Shown: positions 10,674-20,633 of the stretch, in pieces
Position numbering within the stretch: the stretch's first letter is position 1
Layout of the letters: each line of letters starts with the position of its first letter
IMG/VR virus record: IMGVR_UViG_3300040758_000214
Span: 32,001 to 96,000 of that record
Reading direction: 5' to 3' (one strand)
Length of the DNA: 64,000 nt
Source: a virus
Notes under the pieces: model-generated
Told to the model about the DNA's origin: nothing
Databases searched by the model: none
Seen by the model: the letters and a program-made list of their open reading frames with translations, nothing else
Translations under genes and position numbers: made by a program

Positions 10674-11021
10674 TCATATATACTCCTTTAATAATATTAA
10701 TGTTAAAAATAAAGTTGACATATGTAACATTTGGTCAAATCCTATAACTACAAAGAACCAATGTCTTTCTTCTTTTTGCCAAAGATAAGATGTAATTCGA
10801 CTTGTAATAGCATCAATTATAAAATGACATATTCCATTAATTAATGCATAAAGAGGATTGATAAAAATAAATAATACAGTATAAACGACAGAATGAATAC
10901 CAAGCCATTTCCAACTTTTACTTTTATTCAACGCCATCTTATCATTTTGAAATAGAAAATCTGAAATAAAATGAAGAATAACAATTGTTAAAATTATATT
11001 CAAATTTATAGATTGTGTCAT
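10674..11021 (-). CDS. DUF3307-like membrane protein
   Basis: HFISDFLFQ, H..VY, HFIID, GFDQMLH pattern. Confidence 0.75.
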   Translation of the reverse strand: MTQSINLNIILTIVILHFISDFLFQNDKMALNKSKSWKWLGIHSVVYTVLFIFINPLYALINGICHFIIDAITSRITSYLWQKEERHWFFVVIGFDQMLHMSTLFLTLILLKEYI

Positions 11022-11073
11022 ATTAAAGTCTCCTGGTTTATTTTGTTCTAATTTTAATAAAAAATTGCTATAA

Positions 11074-11114
11074 AAATTGGGGCATTAATATATAAAATAC
11101 CAATGCCCCAATTT
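11074..11114. terminator. intrinsic terminator-like hairpin
   Basis: 13-bp inverted repeat aaattggggcatt/aatgccccaattt between genes. Confidence 0.65.
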
Positions 11115-11122
11115 CTATTAAA

Positions 11123-11551
11123 TTATTTATTTTCTTTTTGAATTGGTGGATCCATTTCAGAAATCCATTGATCAAGTTTTAATCGAATAATTTTAGCTGC
11201 ATCATTCGGAATTTTTTGGATATCTTGATTATTGCTTATTTTGGGGATTAAATAAATTGCAGCCGCTTCATTTTCATTTGGTATTATAATACAAAGAAAG
11301 ATTGTTACTATTGCAAAAGGTATAAACCTTTTAGTTAATTTTGCCCATAAATTAAGCCAACCTTGCCATTCTTTTCTATTATATAAATTAGTACTTTCAG
11401 ACATATTAGGATCATCCTGAAATTTTACATATGCTATTAACCATGCGATTGAAAAGACAATAACAGTAATAATTCCAATTACCATAAAGAAAATTGATAT
11501 ATTATTTATTGTATCTAATCTTGTAAACAAATAAATTTGCATTGTAGTCAT
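11123..11551 (-). CDS. two-TM membrane protein
   Basis: Two hydrophobic segments. Confidence 0.65.
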   Translation of the reverse strand: MTTMQIYLFTRLDTINNISIFFMVIGIITVIVFSIAWLIAYVKFQDDPNMSESTNLYNRKEWQGWLNLWAKLTKRFIPFAIVTIFLCIIIPNENEAAAIYLIPKISNNQDIQKIPNDAAKIIRLKLDQWISEMDPPIQKENK

Positions 11552-11578
11552 AACTTTTTCTCCTTAGTTAAATTGATT

Positions 11579-11890
11579 TTAAAATTTTTGAATTGGTCCA
11601 AATCTATATTCCAACCACGGTTGAATTGCAAGTAATGGTTTATCTCCATAGCGATATCTTAATTCTAAGGTATCACATAATACTGGTTCCTCCCCAAAAT
11701 GTACAACATTTCCTTTACGAATTAAAGAAGCCCACCAGTTATTTCCTGTATCCAATGTCCAGAAATCTTCAGTCTTTTTAAAAGGTATTTCTTTGGTATA
11801 TCGAGACCCTTGAATGATTTCTGTGATTGCTTTCATTAGATCTCCTTCAACCCAATCATTCTGTAATTGAATTCTGACTGTATCACTCAT
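11579..11890 (-). CDS. hypothetical protein
   Basis: ORF with RBS. Confidence 0.6.
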   Translation of the reverse strand: MSDTVRIQLQNDWVEGDLMKAITEIIQGSRYTKEIPFKKTEDFWTLDTGNNWWASLIRKGNVVHFGEEPVLCDTLELRYRYGDKPLLAIQPWLEYRFGPIQKF

Positions 11891-12033
11891 ATGATTATTT
11901 CTCCTTTTTTATTATTATACTATACATCATATTTTTATTATATTTAAAATTTTTAGTATATGGTTGGTAATGACTCCCATTAAATACATAAAGTATATCC
12001 TTTAAAATTTTAGGTTTTTTCTTTATCATTTCT

Positions 12034-12435
12034 TTACTCCTCAATTATTATATTTGGTACACCACCAGGAAATACACTCCAAAATTGTCTCGGAACTTCA
12101 AATTTAACTTTACCAATTGCAATTCCTAAACAAACTAGTTCATCACAACTTCTGTGATAATCTGTCCAAGGCATTGTATTTTTATCATAAGCCATATTTA
12201 AAAATGACCATCCAGTTTTACTAAAAAACATTGGATGTAATTCTTTTAAGAAAGTTATGATTTGATCTCTGAATTTTTCAATTCTTTCACTACAAAATTT
12301 TGTCTTAATTACTACACCTTCAACTTCAATGAAATTTTTTGTTATTGGTTGTAATGCCAAATCCAATTCTACATTTTTAAATAAACAACTCATAAAAATT
12401 GTATGAACTGCTATTTCTGTAAGGATAGTTTTCAT
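12034..12435 (-). CDS. conserved hypothetical phage protein
   Basis: ORF with RBS; GWSFLN...PGGVP. Confidence 0.65.
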   Translation of the reverse strand: MKTILTEIAVHTIFMSCLFKNVELDLALQPITKNFIEVEGVVIKTKFCSERIEKFRDQIITFLKELHPMFFSKTGWSFLNMAYDKNTMPWTDYHRSCDELVCLGIAIGKVKFEVPRQFWSVFPGGVPNIIIEE

Positions 12436-12545
12436 GATATTCTCCTTAAATTATGTTAGTACTAAATATAGAAAAACAATGATAACTAACCATATTAATA
12501 ATTCATGATCTCTGTAATATTGAAGACAAAGATTACTAAATTCTC

Positions 12546-12791
12546 TCATTTCCATTCACCAGAACTTATTAAACGTTCTTGATCTACTTGATAATGGTAA
12601 TTTGCAAGGAAACTAAATTTTGGAGTTTCATCATCAATCCATTCAACTGTAGCAAAAGGTTCATTGAATAATGTAATTCTCCCATCATCGTGAAATATAC
12701 ATCTATCAGAGTTTAGTATATGAAGTTTGTCATATAAAAAATGCATCATTCTTCCAATATTTTTTCCTTTATATTGACTATAAAATCCCAT
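12546..12791 (-). CDS. hypothetical protein
   Basis: ORF with RBS. Confidence 0.55.
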   Translation of the reverse strand: MGFYSQYKGKNIGRMMHFLYDKLHILNSDRCIFHDDGRITLFNEPFATVEWIDDETPKFSFLANYHYQVDQERLISSGEWK

Positions 12792-12828
12792 GATATATTC
12801 CTTTCTTTTATTTAATAAATTCCCTTAG

Positions 12829-13149
12829 TTATTTATCATTGATTAACCATTGTTCAATCATTTCGATTCTTTTTAATGCGAATTCTGGGTAGTTTTGTGG
12901 AAATTTTTGAACTGTCAAAAAAGCTCTTGTAACTCCAAAATATTTATTTCTCCAATTAATACAAGGAGTTCTGTTATAATTTCTTATAAATCCTTCCTTT
13001 GTCCATTGACATTCTTCACAATTTCTAACATTATTTTTTATTCCTACGACTTCACATAAAGGACAGTCATTATTATGATCATTAGGTTCTCTGCCTTCTT
13101 TATAATAATGTAATAACTCTTCAAGAGCTTCCTTCATTTTATTTGTCAT
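12829..13149 (-). CDS. Cys-rich hypothetical protein
   Basis: CPLC..CEEC..C; first gene downstream of the candidate early promoter. Confidence 0.6.
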   Translation of the reverse strand: MTNKMKEALEELLHYYKEGREPNDHNNDCPLCEVVGIKNNVRNCEECQWTKEGFIRNYNRTPCINWRNKYFGVTRAFLTVQKFPQNYPEFALKRIEMIEQWLINDK

Positions 13150-13191
13150 TTTTAATGTCCTTTCTTTTAAAATAAATTCCTCACCTTGGTT

Positions 13192-13205
13192 ATTAATATA
13201 TATAG
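13192..13205 (-). promoter_or_regulatory. putative phage early promoter CTATATATATTAAT
   Basis: Identical 14-mer in three intergenic regions (13192, 29505, 35178), each pointing into a gene start. Confidence 0.55.
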
Positions 13206-13233
13206 CATTTCTTTTCTAACTTAATTAATTTTT

Positions 13234-13248
13234 TAGAACAAATTAAAA
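13234..13248 (+). promoter_or_regulatory. putative late promoter TAGAACAAATTAAAA
   Basis: Motif copy upstream of the structural operon; a second variant at 13308-13322. Confidence 0.5.
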
Positions 13249-13387
13249 AGGGTTATACTTTCTAATTTTTAGAGAATTTTAAAAAGTATCTGAATTAAAA
13301 GGGATTATGGAACATATTAATAGTATATGGATCGTGGAAATTTAAAGTTTAAGATGGTAAATCCATCTTAGAGGAGGCTTACATATT

Positions 13388-14104
13388 ATGAAGTATTCAT
13401 TTGCTGCATTAGGAGAAAATATATTAACTCGTAAATTCGGAGGATCAGCTTCTACGGGTGCTGCGGAGCCATATATTTCTGGCTATTTTTTCGTCTGGTT
13501 TGACAGACTACCTAATAACCTTATTAACTATACTCAATTAGGAAATAGTGGTCTTTCCTCTCTTAGTGATTGCCAAAATATTTTAAGTGCAAGTTGTACA
13601 GGTTGTACGCCCCCAGGCGGCACTTTAAACAAGGTTGAATATACCGGACTAGGTGGTGTTAAGTGGGCAGTTCCTGGTCATATTGATTATCAAAATTCGG
13701 TATCCTTAAAATTCATTGAATTTTATAGAACTCCAATTCTTGATATTATGCATGGGTGGGTAAAAATGATTAGAGATTATAGAACTGGTACTACAGATCT
13801 TCAAGCTGATGATTCTGGTCAGGGATATACGAAAAATGATTACTCTGGGACGATATACTATTGGACTACAACTCCTGACGCAAAAAATGTTGAGTATTTT
13901 GCATGTTATGATGGATGTTTCCCTGCAAAAGATCCACAAGATTTATATCATGGTGATGTTGAAACTGTAGGAAGATTAGATGTTGAAATTGAATTTAACG
14001 TAGATTATATTTGGCATGAACCTTGGGTTAGAGAAAAATGTCAGAGTTTAGTTTCTGTATTCCAAGCAGCAAAGCAGACTGTTCAAAATTATCAGGAACC
14101 TTAA
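13388..14104 (+). CDS. tail tube protein (T4 gp19-like fold)
   Basis: Size, 'VPGHIDY..SVSLKFIE', 'YDGCFP', 'EIEFNVD' tube-like pattern; first gene of the structural operon. Confidence 0.65.
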   Translation: MKYSFAALGENILTRKFGGSASTGAAEPYISGYFFVWFDRLPNNLINYTQLGNSGLSSLSDCQNILSASCTGCTPPGGTLNKVEYTGLGGVKWAVPGHIDYQNSVSLKFIEFYRTPILDIMHGWVKMIRDYRTGTTDLQADDSGQGYTKNDYSGTIYYWTTTPDAKNVEYFACYDGCFPAKDPQDLYHGDVETVGRLDVEIEFNVDYIWHEPWVREKCQSLVSVFQAAKQTVQNYQEP

Positions 14105-14145
14105 TATTTACAATGTCAATATTTGGCATTAGGAGGAATTTATAA

Positions 14146-14838
14146 ATGGAACTAACTGGCATGAAAATAAATGAACAAGATATGGAATGGGCGTGCAAGC
14201 AATATTTACTTGATCAAATTCCTTCTAGTAAATATATTCAATAAAATTCAACAGTAGATCAAAGACAACAATTTAAAGAATGGATTAAAAAAGCATCTTT
14301 AAAAGAAATTTTAGTTATTATAGAACAAGATAGTAAAAATAATATGTATTTAAATAAGGGATGGAAATATATTTATGGAGTAGGTTTAGCTGCGGCATTA
14401 GGTGGAATGGTTGGGGCCGCATCTTCTTATACTAGGAAAGGAGATGCTCTAGCCGTAGGTTCTATGTTGGCTAGCGCATCTACATTATTATATTATTTTT
14501 ATAAACGAAAAAAAGATCCATGTCATCAAAAATGCAAAGATGCATCGACTACACATAAATTTGGGGAATTAGAAAGATCTTTAAGGTATCAAATATGTAG
14601 AACAGAGTGTTCTATAGTTGCTGCAAAAGATGTATTAAGGCAAGTAACAAGTCAAAAAGGAAAATGCAGTAGTACAGAAAAACCAGAAAAATGTTTAAAA
14701 TCTTTATCTAAATTAGAATTAAAATGGAGACGTAAAATAGAAAACTTAGAAGATATATTACGTGATCTTAAACATAGATTTTCTACAGGAAAAACTAAAA
14801 CATCACCTATTAAATTACAACCTGCTTTTAAAAGTTAA
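14146..14838 (+). pseudogene. Cys-rich family A paralog interrupted by in-frame TAA at 14242-14244
   Basis: ATG at 14146 with AGGAGG; MEWACKQ homologous to 17401/20052; in frame with ORF 14344..14838. Confidence 0.7.
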
Positions 14839-14854
14839 TGGAGATTAAACCCAA

Positions 14855-15610
14855 ATGAGTGCTATATCTGATTCCCTATTATTTCTTATCACATTACGCA
14901 AGACAATGTGTGAATTTATAGACAATTCTAAAATAAGTGATATTGATAAAGCTAAGGGTAAAAATTTTATAATGAATGAAGGTAGTGATTATGAGATTTT
15001 AACTTTAGCAGTAAGAGGACAAAGACCAACAGAAAAATATAATATAGTTGAAGAAAAGAAATTATTTGAAGATATTAAAAATTGTGTATCTAAGAATAGT
15101 GAAACTTTTAATAAACTATTATCTGAAAAAGTTGCAAAGGATTTTGCTAAAGATTTAACTCCATTATCTGAATATGGATTAACTTCTTGTGTTCCTATTA
15201 TGAATTTTATAATAGAACAACAAGTTTGGGGAAATGTTCAAAAAGCTGCAAGGGCTGAAAGATGGAAGGGAGTTGATGCAGGTATTGCAAAATTGAGGGC
15301 TACAAATGATATGTATGCTAAGAATAAAAAATTTAGCAAACAAGTTGGTGGAGCTTTATTAGCTGCTATGATTGCCTATGCGGCTTATAAAATATACAAG
15401 AATAAATTCAGTGCAGCAGCTAAAGCATGTAAAGGAAAGACTGGTCCTGAAAAAACTTTATGTATGAATAACTTTAAGGTTGCTGCAATTAAAGCACAAA
15501 TTGCTCAATTGAAGTCCGGTTCGTCTGGATGTAATTCATCTAAAGATCCTGTAAAATGTAAAGCTGTTATATTGGCTAAAATTAAGAAACTTGAAGGGAA
15601 ACTTAAGTAA
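14855..15610 (+). CDS. Cys-rich family B paralog (putative virion/internal protein)
   Basis: SLLF..RKT, NFIMNE.SDYEI, TM segment, AAKAC...C...C...C; paralog of 15641 and 16473. Confidence 0.75.
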   Translation: MSAISDSLLFLITLRKTMCEFIDNSKISDIDKAKGKNFIMNEGSDYEILTLAVRGQRPTEKYNIVEEKKLFEDIKNCVSKNSETFNKLLSEKVAKDFAKDLTPLSEYGLTSCVPIMNFIIEQQVWGNVQKAARAERWKGVDAGIAKLRATNDMYAKNKKFSKQVGGALLAAMIAYAAYKIYKNKFSAAAKACKGKTGPEKTLCMNNFKVAAIKAQIAQLKSGSSGCNSSKDPVKCKAVILAKIKKLEGKLK

Positions 15611-15640
15611 TTTCAATGTAGGGCGGGGGTTATACTTTAG

Positions 15641-16465
15641 ATGAATAATTCATTACTTTTTACATTAGCCATTAGGAGAACTTTGTGTGAGTTCCTCAGC
15701 TATAGTCAGTTAGACTTAAAGGCTAAGAAATATTCTAAACATTTTGTTATGTATGAAGCAACTGATTATGAAATTATGTCGTTATTAATGACCGGAGATT
15801 ATCCTGTTAAGAAGTATAACCCTCTCAAAGAAGAAAAGTTATATAATCAATGTAAAAATATTATCTTAGAAAACATATCTGAAATCTCACCTTATATAGA
15901 AAAATCAATTTTAAAAAATATTATCACTGAATTAGCTCCTATTAAAGGTTCGTCTAATGTTTTATTAAAAGAATATATTAATGAGCAAATACAAGTCAAA
16001 CATCAAATAGATCCCCAAGGAAGACCAAATTGGAAAGCAATTGCTGGTGCTGCGTTTACTGCGGGAATGGCTGCAAATGTGGGAAATCCTTTAGGTAAAG
16101 ATTTATATGAATATGGTAAGAAAAATGCTAGGCAGGGATTAGCATCTCTTATGTCATATTTAAAATCTACAAATGGCAAAATGGTTGGATCTGTAATGGC
16201 TGCATCTTTGATTGTATATGCTTCTATAATTATATATCATAAATATTTTTCAAATGCAGCAGTTACATGTAAAAATTTAAAAGGAAATGAGAAAGATCAT
16301 TGTGTTAAAAAAATAAAAATGAATGCTTTAAAAAATCAAATTAATACATTAAAACAAGGAAGTTCTGCATGTTATAGTAAAGAGAATCAAGACAAATGCC
16401 AAAGAGTTATTAAAATGAAAATTCTAAAACTCCAACTTAGATTACAAAAATTGGAGCGGAGTTAA
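15641..16465 (+). CDS. Cys-rich family B paralog
   Basis: Same motifs as 14855. Confidence 0.75.
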   Translation: MNNSLLFTLAIRRTLCEFLSYSQLDLKAKKYSKHFVMYEATDYEIMSLLMTGDYPVKKYNPLKEEKLYNQCKNIILENISEISPYIEKSILKNIITELAPIKGSSNVLLKEYINEQIQVKHQIDPQGRPNWKAIAGAAFTAGMAANVGNPLGKDLYEYGKKNARQGLASLMSYLKSTNGKMVGSVMAASLIVYASIIIYHKYFSNAAVTCKNLKGNEKDHCVKKIKMNALKNQINTLKQGSSACYSKENQDKCQRVIKMKILKLQLRLQKLERS

Positions 16466-16472
16466 ACATATA

Positions 16473-17390
16473 ATGAAAAATATTAAAGATTCAATGTTAT
16501 TTTTATTAATCACTAGAAAAACCATAAGTGATTTAATTGTTAGTGAATCTAATTTAAATCCTTCAGATAAAGTTTTAGCAAAAAATTTTATTATGAATGA
16601 AGCTACTGATTATGAAATTATGTCTGTATTAATGGAAAGTCAATTACCTAATGAACAATATAATGATATTAAAGAAGATAAATTATTTGAATCTTTAAAA
16701 AAATGTATATTAATAAATGAAAAAGTATTATCTAAATATATACCTAAAGAAACAATTCAATGTGTTTTAGAAATTGATTCAGTTTCTCAATATGGATTTT
16801 CTTCATCTATTCCTATAATGGAATATATGATTGAACAATATCAAGCTGATATGAGTGATGATGATTATCGTCATAGTGGTGGAAGTAATGTTGTAGGAAA
16901 AGCGGGCGAGGCAGGAATGACTGCTTTAATAATGAGGCCAAGAGGTGGATATAAACGAGCATTTACAAGATATAAAAATAGAAAATTACCAAAACAAATT
17001 GCAGCTGCAAAAGCATTACCGGCTAAAACAATGAATTTTTTAAGAACTGGAAGACAAGCTGCAATGAATGGAATTTCATCTGTTGTTAATTTTGCTAAAT
17101 CTGGTCCTGGAAAAGTATTAGGAATAGTTGCAATTGTTGCTTTAGTTGCTTTAGCTGCAAATAAAATTTATAGAGAAAAATTAAGTCAAGCAGCAAAAGC
17201 GTGTTCTAAATATACTGGCCCTGAAAAACAAAATTGTATGAGAGGATTTAAAAGAACAGCTCTTTCTGCTCAAATTGCTCAATTAAAAGCTGGATTAGCT
17301 GCATGTAAAGGAACAAATAATCCAGAAGGTTGCCAAAATAAAATTGCTAAAAAAGTAGCATCATTACAAAGGAAAATATCTAAAATATAA
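16473..17390 (+). CDS. Cys-rich family B paralog
   Basis: Same motifs as 14855. Confidence 0.75.
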   Translation: MKNIKDSMLFLLITRKTISDLIVSESNLNPSDKVLAKNFIMNEATDYEIMSVLMESQLPNEQYNDIKEDKLFESLKKCILINEKVLSKYIPKETIQCVLEIDSVSQYGFSSSIPIMEYMIEQYQADMSDDDYRHSGGSNVVGKAGEAGMTALIMRPRGGYKRAFTRYKNRKLPKQIAAAKALPAKTMNFLRTGRQAAMNGISSVVNFAKSGPGKVLGIVAIVALVALAANKIYREKLSQAAKACSKYTGPEKQNCMRGFKRTALSAQIAQLKAGLAACKGTNNPEGCQNKIAKKVASLQRKISKI

Positions 17391-17400
17391 AGAGGATAAT

Positions 17401-18102
17401 ATGGAACCTAAACTTGATAAGAAAGCTCTTGAATGGGCTTGTAAACAATTAATATTAACTTCTGCAAAAAATAGTAAATATTTAAAAGAAAATTCTGAAA
17501 GTAAAGAAAGAATATTATTTGCTAAATGGGTTAAGGGATTAACATATAATCAAACATTAGGAATTTTATTTGAGCAAAATTATAAACCAAATACTCAAAA
17601 AATTAGAGATATTGAAGACGCCTATGCTATATTATCATTATTAGGATTTGCTTCATATCTAGGAACAGGAGCTGCAACATTAAAAAATATATTTCAAGAT
17701 AGAACGGGTAGAGCTGGAATATATTTTGCATCACATATATTAACTACAGCTTCTATGATTTTATATTATAAATATAAACAATATAAAGATCCTTGTTATC
17801 AAAAATGTAAGAATGTTTTACCTGCGCATATTAGAAATAGATATGAAGAACGTCACAGTTTAGAGGATCTACCTGAATATAATGTTTGTACTACTAAATG
17901 CGCATTAGACGCTGCTATTAATATATTAAGACAAATTAAAGGAGAAAAAGGAAAATGTTCTAGAACAGAAAAACCAGAAAAATGTATAGAACGATTAAAT
18001 AAATTAGAAATAAAATGGACTGAAAAAGTTAAAGATTTAAAAGATAGTTTGATAAAATATGAAAAAGAAGCTAGAGAGGAAAGAGAAACTCGTAAATATT
18101 AA
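17401..18102 (+). CDS. Cys-rich family A paralog
   Basis: KLDKKALEWACKQ; DPCYQKC...C...C...KGKC..TEKPEKC. Confidence 0.75.
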   Translation: MEPKLDKKALEWACKQLILTSAKNSKYLKENSESKERILFAKWVKGLTYNQTLGILFEQNYKPNTQKIRDIEDAYAILSLLGFASYLGTGAATLKNIFQDRTGRAGIYFASHILTTASMILYYKYKQYKDPCYQKCKNVLPAHIRNRYEERHSLEDLPEYNVCTTKCALDAAINILRQIKGEKGKCSRTEKPEKCIERLNKLEIKWTEKVKDLKDSLIKYEKEAREERETRKY

Positions 18103-18128
18103 ATCAACCAACGAAAGGAAATCAAAAA

Positions 18129-18917
18129 ATGTTTAGAGGATTCAATTTAAAGTATCCGGAATACGAAGTAATCACACCTCAGACTAAAAGATCATTTACT
18201 TTGAGGTCATTGAATGTCAGTGAAGAAGAGAATATGAAAGGGAGTATGATGACTCCATTGAAAATTACGGAGCATCTTAATTCATGTATTTATGAAGTCT
18301 TAATTAAAAAGCCAGATGATATTACTGACTTTAAATCTTTTTTAACTAAGACTACAATTAAAGATAGAGAAGCTTTATTGTATGGTCTTTATCATATTAC
18401 ATATGAAGAGATTAGAAATTATGAAATAAAATGTGCAGCATGTAAAAAGGATTATCCTGTTACAGCTAAAGCATCTGATATGTTTGGATTCAATATTTAT
18501 CCTAGTGATGATAATATATTAGACATACGTATTAGAGTTGATCTTCCTATATCTAAAGGTATTTCAGTTTATATTAAACAACCATCTTTAGAAGATGAAG
18601 TTTCATCTTTAAAAAATTATGCAACTTTAGCTGGAACTAATATGGATATTATCACTCAAACATTAATAATTGATAGATTTGAACAAAGTACTGATTCACC
18701 TGACCCAATTATTTATGATCAACGTGGTGATATTATAGATGCATATAGAAGTTTACCTTCTAAAGACAGAAAAGAAATCAATGCTAAATATACTGAAAAT
18801 TTTGGTAAATATGGTATTGAATTAAAAATGAGAACTTTCTGTCCATCATGTTCCAATGAGGAGGTAATCAATATCGACCTTGTCGAAAACTTTTTTCGTA
18901 TGGTGTACACGGTATGA
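18129..18917 (+). CDS. baseplate hub assembly protein / tail chaperone (T4 gp26-like)
   Basis: YPEYEVITP...RSLNVSEE, two CxxC motifs, FF near the C-terminus; lies upstream of gp25. Confidence 0.7.
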   Translation: MFRGFNLKYPEYEVITPQTKRSFTLRSLNVSEEENMKGSMMTPLKITEHLNSCIYEVLIKKPDDITDFKSFLTKTTIKDREALLYGLYHITYEEIRNYEIKCAACKKDYPVTAKASDMFGFNIYPSDDNILDIRIRVDLPISKGISVYIKQPSLEDEVSSLKNYATLAGTNMDIITQTLIIDRFEQSTDSPDPIIYDQRGDIIDAYRSLPSKDRKEINAKYTENFGKYGIELKMRTFCPSCSNEEVINIDLVENFFRMVYTV

Positions 18918-19098
18918 TAATATAAGTGAGTTTAAGAAAAATTTACAAGAAAATATTTTTGCATGTAAAGAATTAACTGGAGAAGGATATATAGACATAA
19001 TGTCCTTACCTGTTGAAAGATTCTATGGTCTTATAAAATGGAAAACAGACTTAGAAAAAGATAAGCAAAAGATGATGAACGAAAAAATACAAAAATAG
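18880..19098 (+). CDS. gp51-like small baseplate assembly protein (possibly made by +1 frameshift)
   Basis: YIDIMSLPVERF resembles the small gp51-type partner; only a TTG start upstream of the conserved region. Confidence 0.55.
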   Translation: MSKTFFVWCTRYDNISEFKKNLQENIFACKELTGEGYIDIMSLPVERFYGLIKWKTDLEKDKQKMMNEKIQK

Positions 19099-19108
19099 GA
19101 TATAATAA

Positions 19109-19543
19109 ATGGCCTCAATTCTAGACAAATTTATTAATAACTCTATAGGTGCACGTGGTAGGATTACAGATTATACATCTACTATTACACCATCTGGAGA
19201 CTTTGATAGAATTTATGAATTAAATGCTATTTTAATGTCATGGAATACTATATTAATTACTCCATTAAGAAGTTATACATATGATCCTGATTTTGGTTCT
19301 GAGTTATATAAATATGTATTTGAACCGTGTGATGATTTTACAAAAGATGAAATTCAAAATGAGATTAAATTAAGATTAACAACATATGATGATAGAGCTT
19401 CTATTGAATCAATTGATATTTCATATTTTCCTAATAAAAAAGGATTCACTGTAAATATAATAGCAAATTATCAAGGAACTACTGGGAGTTTAAATACTCC
19501 TATAGATCAATCTACATATTACAATTTCTTGAGATCTCAATGA
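19109..19543 (+). CDS. baseplate wedge protein GpW/gp25 family
   Basis: ILITP..SY.YDPDFGSELYKYVFEP...YDDR. Confidence 0.85.
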   Translation: MASILDKFINNSIGARGRITDYTSTITPSGDFDRIYELNAILMSWNTILITPLRSYTYDPDFGSELYKYVFEPCDDFTKDEIQNEIKLRLTTYDDRASIESIDISYFPNKKGFTVNIIANYQGTTGSLNTPIDQSTYYNFLRSQ

Positions 19544-20040
19544 AAATATTCTATTATTTTGTATTAAAGAATTATCGTGGATTATTTCGTAAAAAGTTTG
19601 TTGGGAATACCCACTTATTCTTAATTCCTAGAGCTGGTGATGATTATCTATATTTAGCCCTTTTAGGAAATATTGTAGATGAAGATAATTCATATGCTTG
19701 CGTATTAATATCAAGAATTCCTGATGATTTATTAGATGAAATAATTAATGGTGAACATAAACATTTTGGTGAAAGATTTGAATTAATTGATGAAATAAAA
19801 GTGAACACTATTAATGAGAATAAAGGTGAATATGAAATAAAAGTATTAAGTAAAAGTCAGCATATTCTTTCCGATTTAGAAATGATATATAATGAAGACT
19901 TAAGTTCAAATTCAAAAAGGATTTATATTATTAAAGGTAAATTAAATTTATCAACAGAAGATGTTGGATTAGATTCAACACTTAGAATTGATGCTTATAA
20001 AAAGTTAGCATTAGTTTCTAATAAAAATAGGAAAGTCTGA
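19540..20040 (+). CDS. hypothetical protein
   Basis: ATGA overlap with the gp25 stop. Confidence 0.65.
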   Translation: MKIFYYFVLKNYRGLFRKKFVGNTHLFLIPRAGDDYLYLALLGNIVDEDNSYACVLISRIPDDLLDEIINGEHKHFGERFELIDEIKVNTINENKGEYEIKVLSKSQHILSDLEMIYNEDLSSNSKRIYIIKGKLNLSTEDVGLDSTLRIDAYKKLALVSNKNRKV

Positions 20041-20051
20041 TCGGGGAGGAT

Positions 20052-20630
20052 ATGATGACTAAAGAAATTAAACTTGATAAAAAAGCTCTTGAATGGGCTT
20101 GTAAACAATTAATGATAAACTCAGCTAAAAATGATAAAGTAATTAAAGAAAGTACTTCATTATCGGAACATGTAAAATTCATTAGTTGGATTAATGAATT
20201 ATCTTATATTCAAACCTTAATGTTATTCTTTGATAATAAATATATTAAAGTTAATGAACAACATGTAGCTGAGCCTCAGATTAGACAAAAAGAGTCTAAA
20301 ATTAAAACTGCTCTAAAATATGGATTGGCTGGTGTTGCTGGAGGTATGGTTAATAATGGAACAGGATTAGCTGCAATGTTAGTTTATTATTTTTATAGAA
20401 GATCAAATGATGTTTGTCACAATCAATGTAAAACATCAGCTGATAGTAAGAAATGCCAATATATTTGCAGAGTTACTGCAGCTAATCAAGTTTTAAATAA
20501 TATTAAATCTGAAATAGGTAAATGTAATAAAATGTCTAAACCTGATAAATGTAGAAATAATTTACAAAAGATGGCTAATAAATGGAACAAAATATTGATG
20601 CATAATAAGGCTAAGTTGGATCAATTATAA
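20052..20630 (+). CDS. Cys-rich family A paralog
   Basis: KLDKKALEWACKQ; Gly-rich TM segment; six-Cys C-domain. Confidence 0.75.
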   Translation: MMTKEIKLDKKALEWACKQLMINSAKNDKVIKESTSLSEHVKFISWINELSYIQTLMLFFDNKYIKVNEQHVAEPQIRQKESKIKTALKYGLAGVAGGMVNNGTGLAAMLVYYFYRRSNDVCHNQCKTSADSKKCQYICRVTAANQVLNNIKSEIGKCNKMSKPDKCRNNLQKMANKWNKILMHNKAKLDQL

Positions 20631-20633
20631 ATA

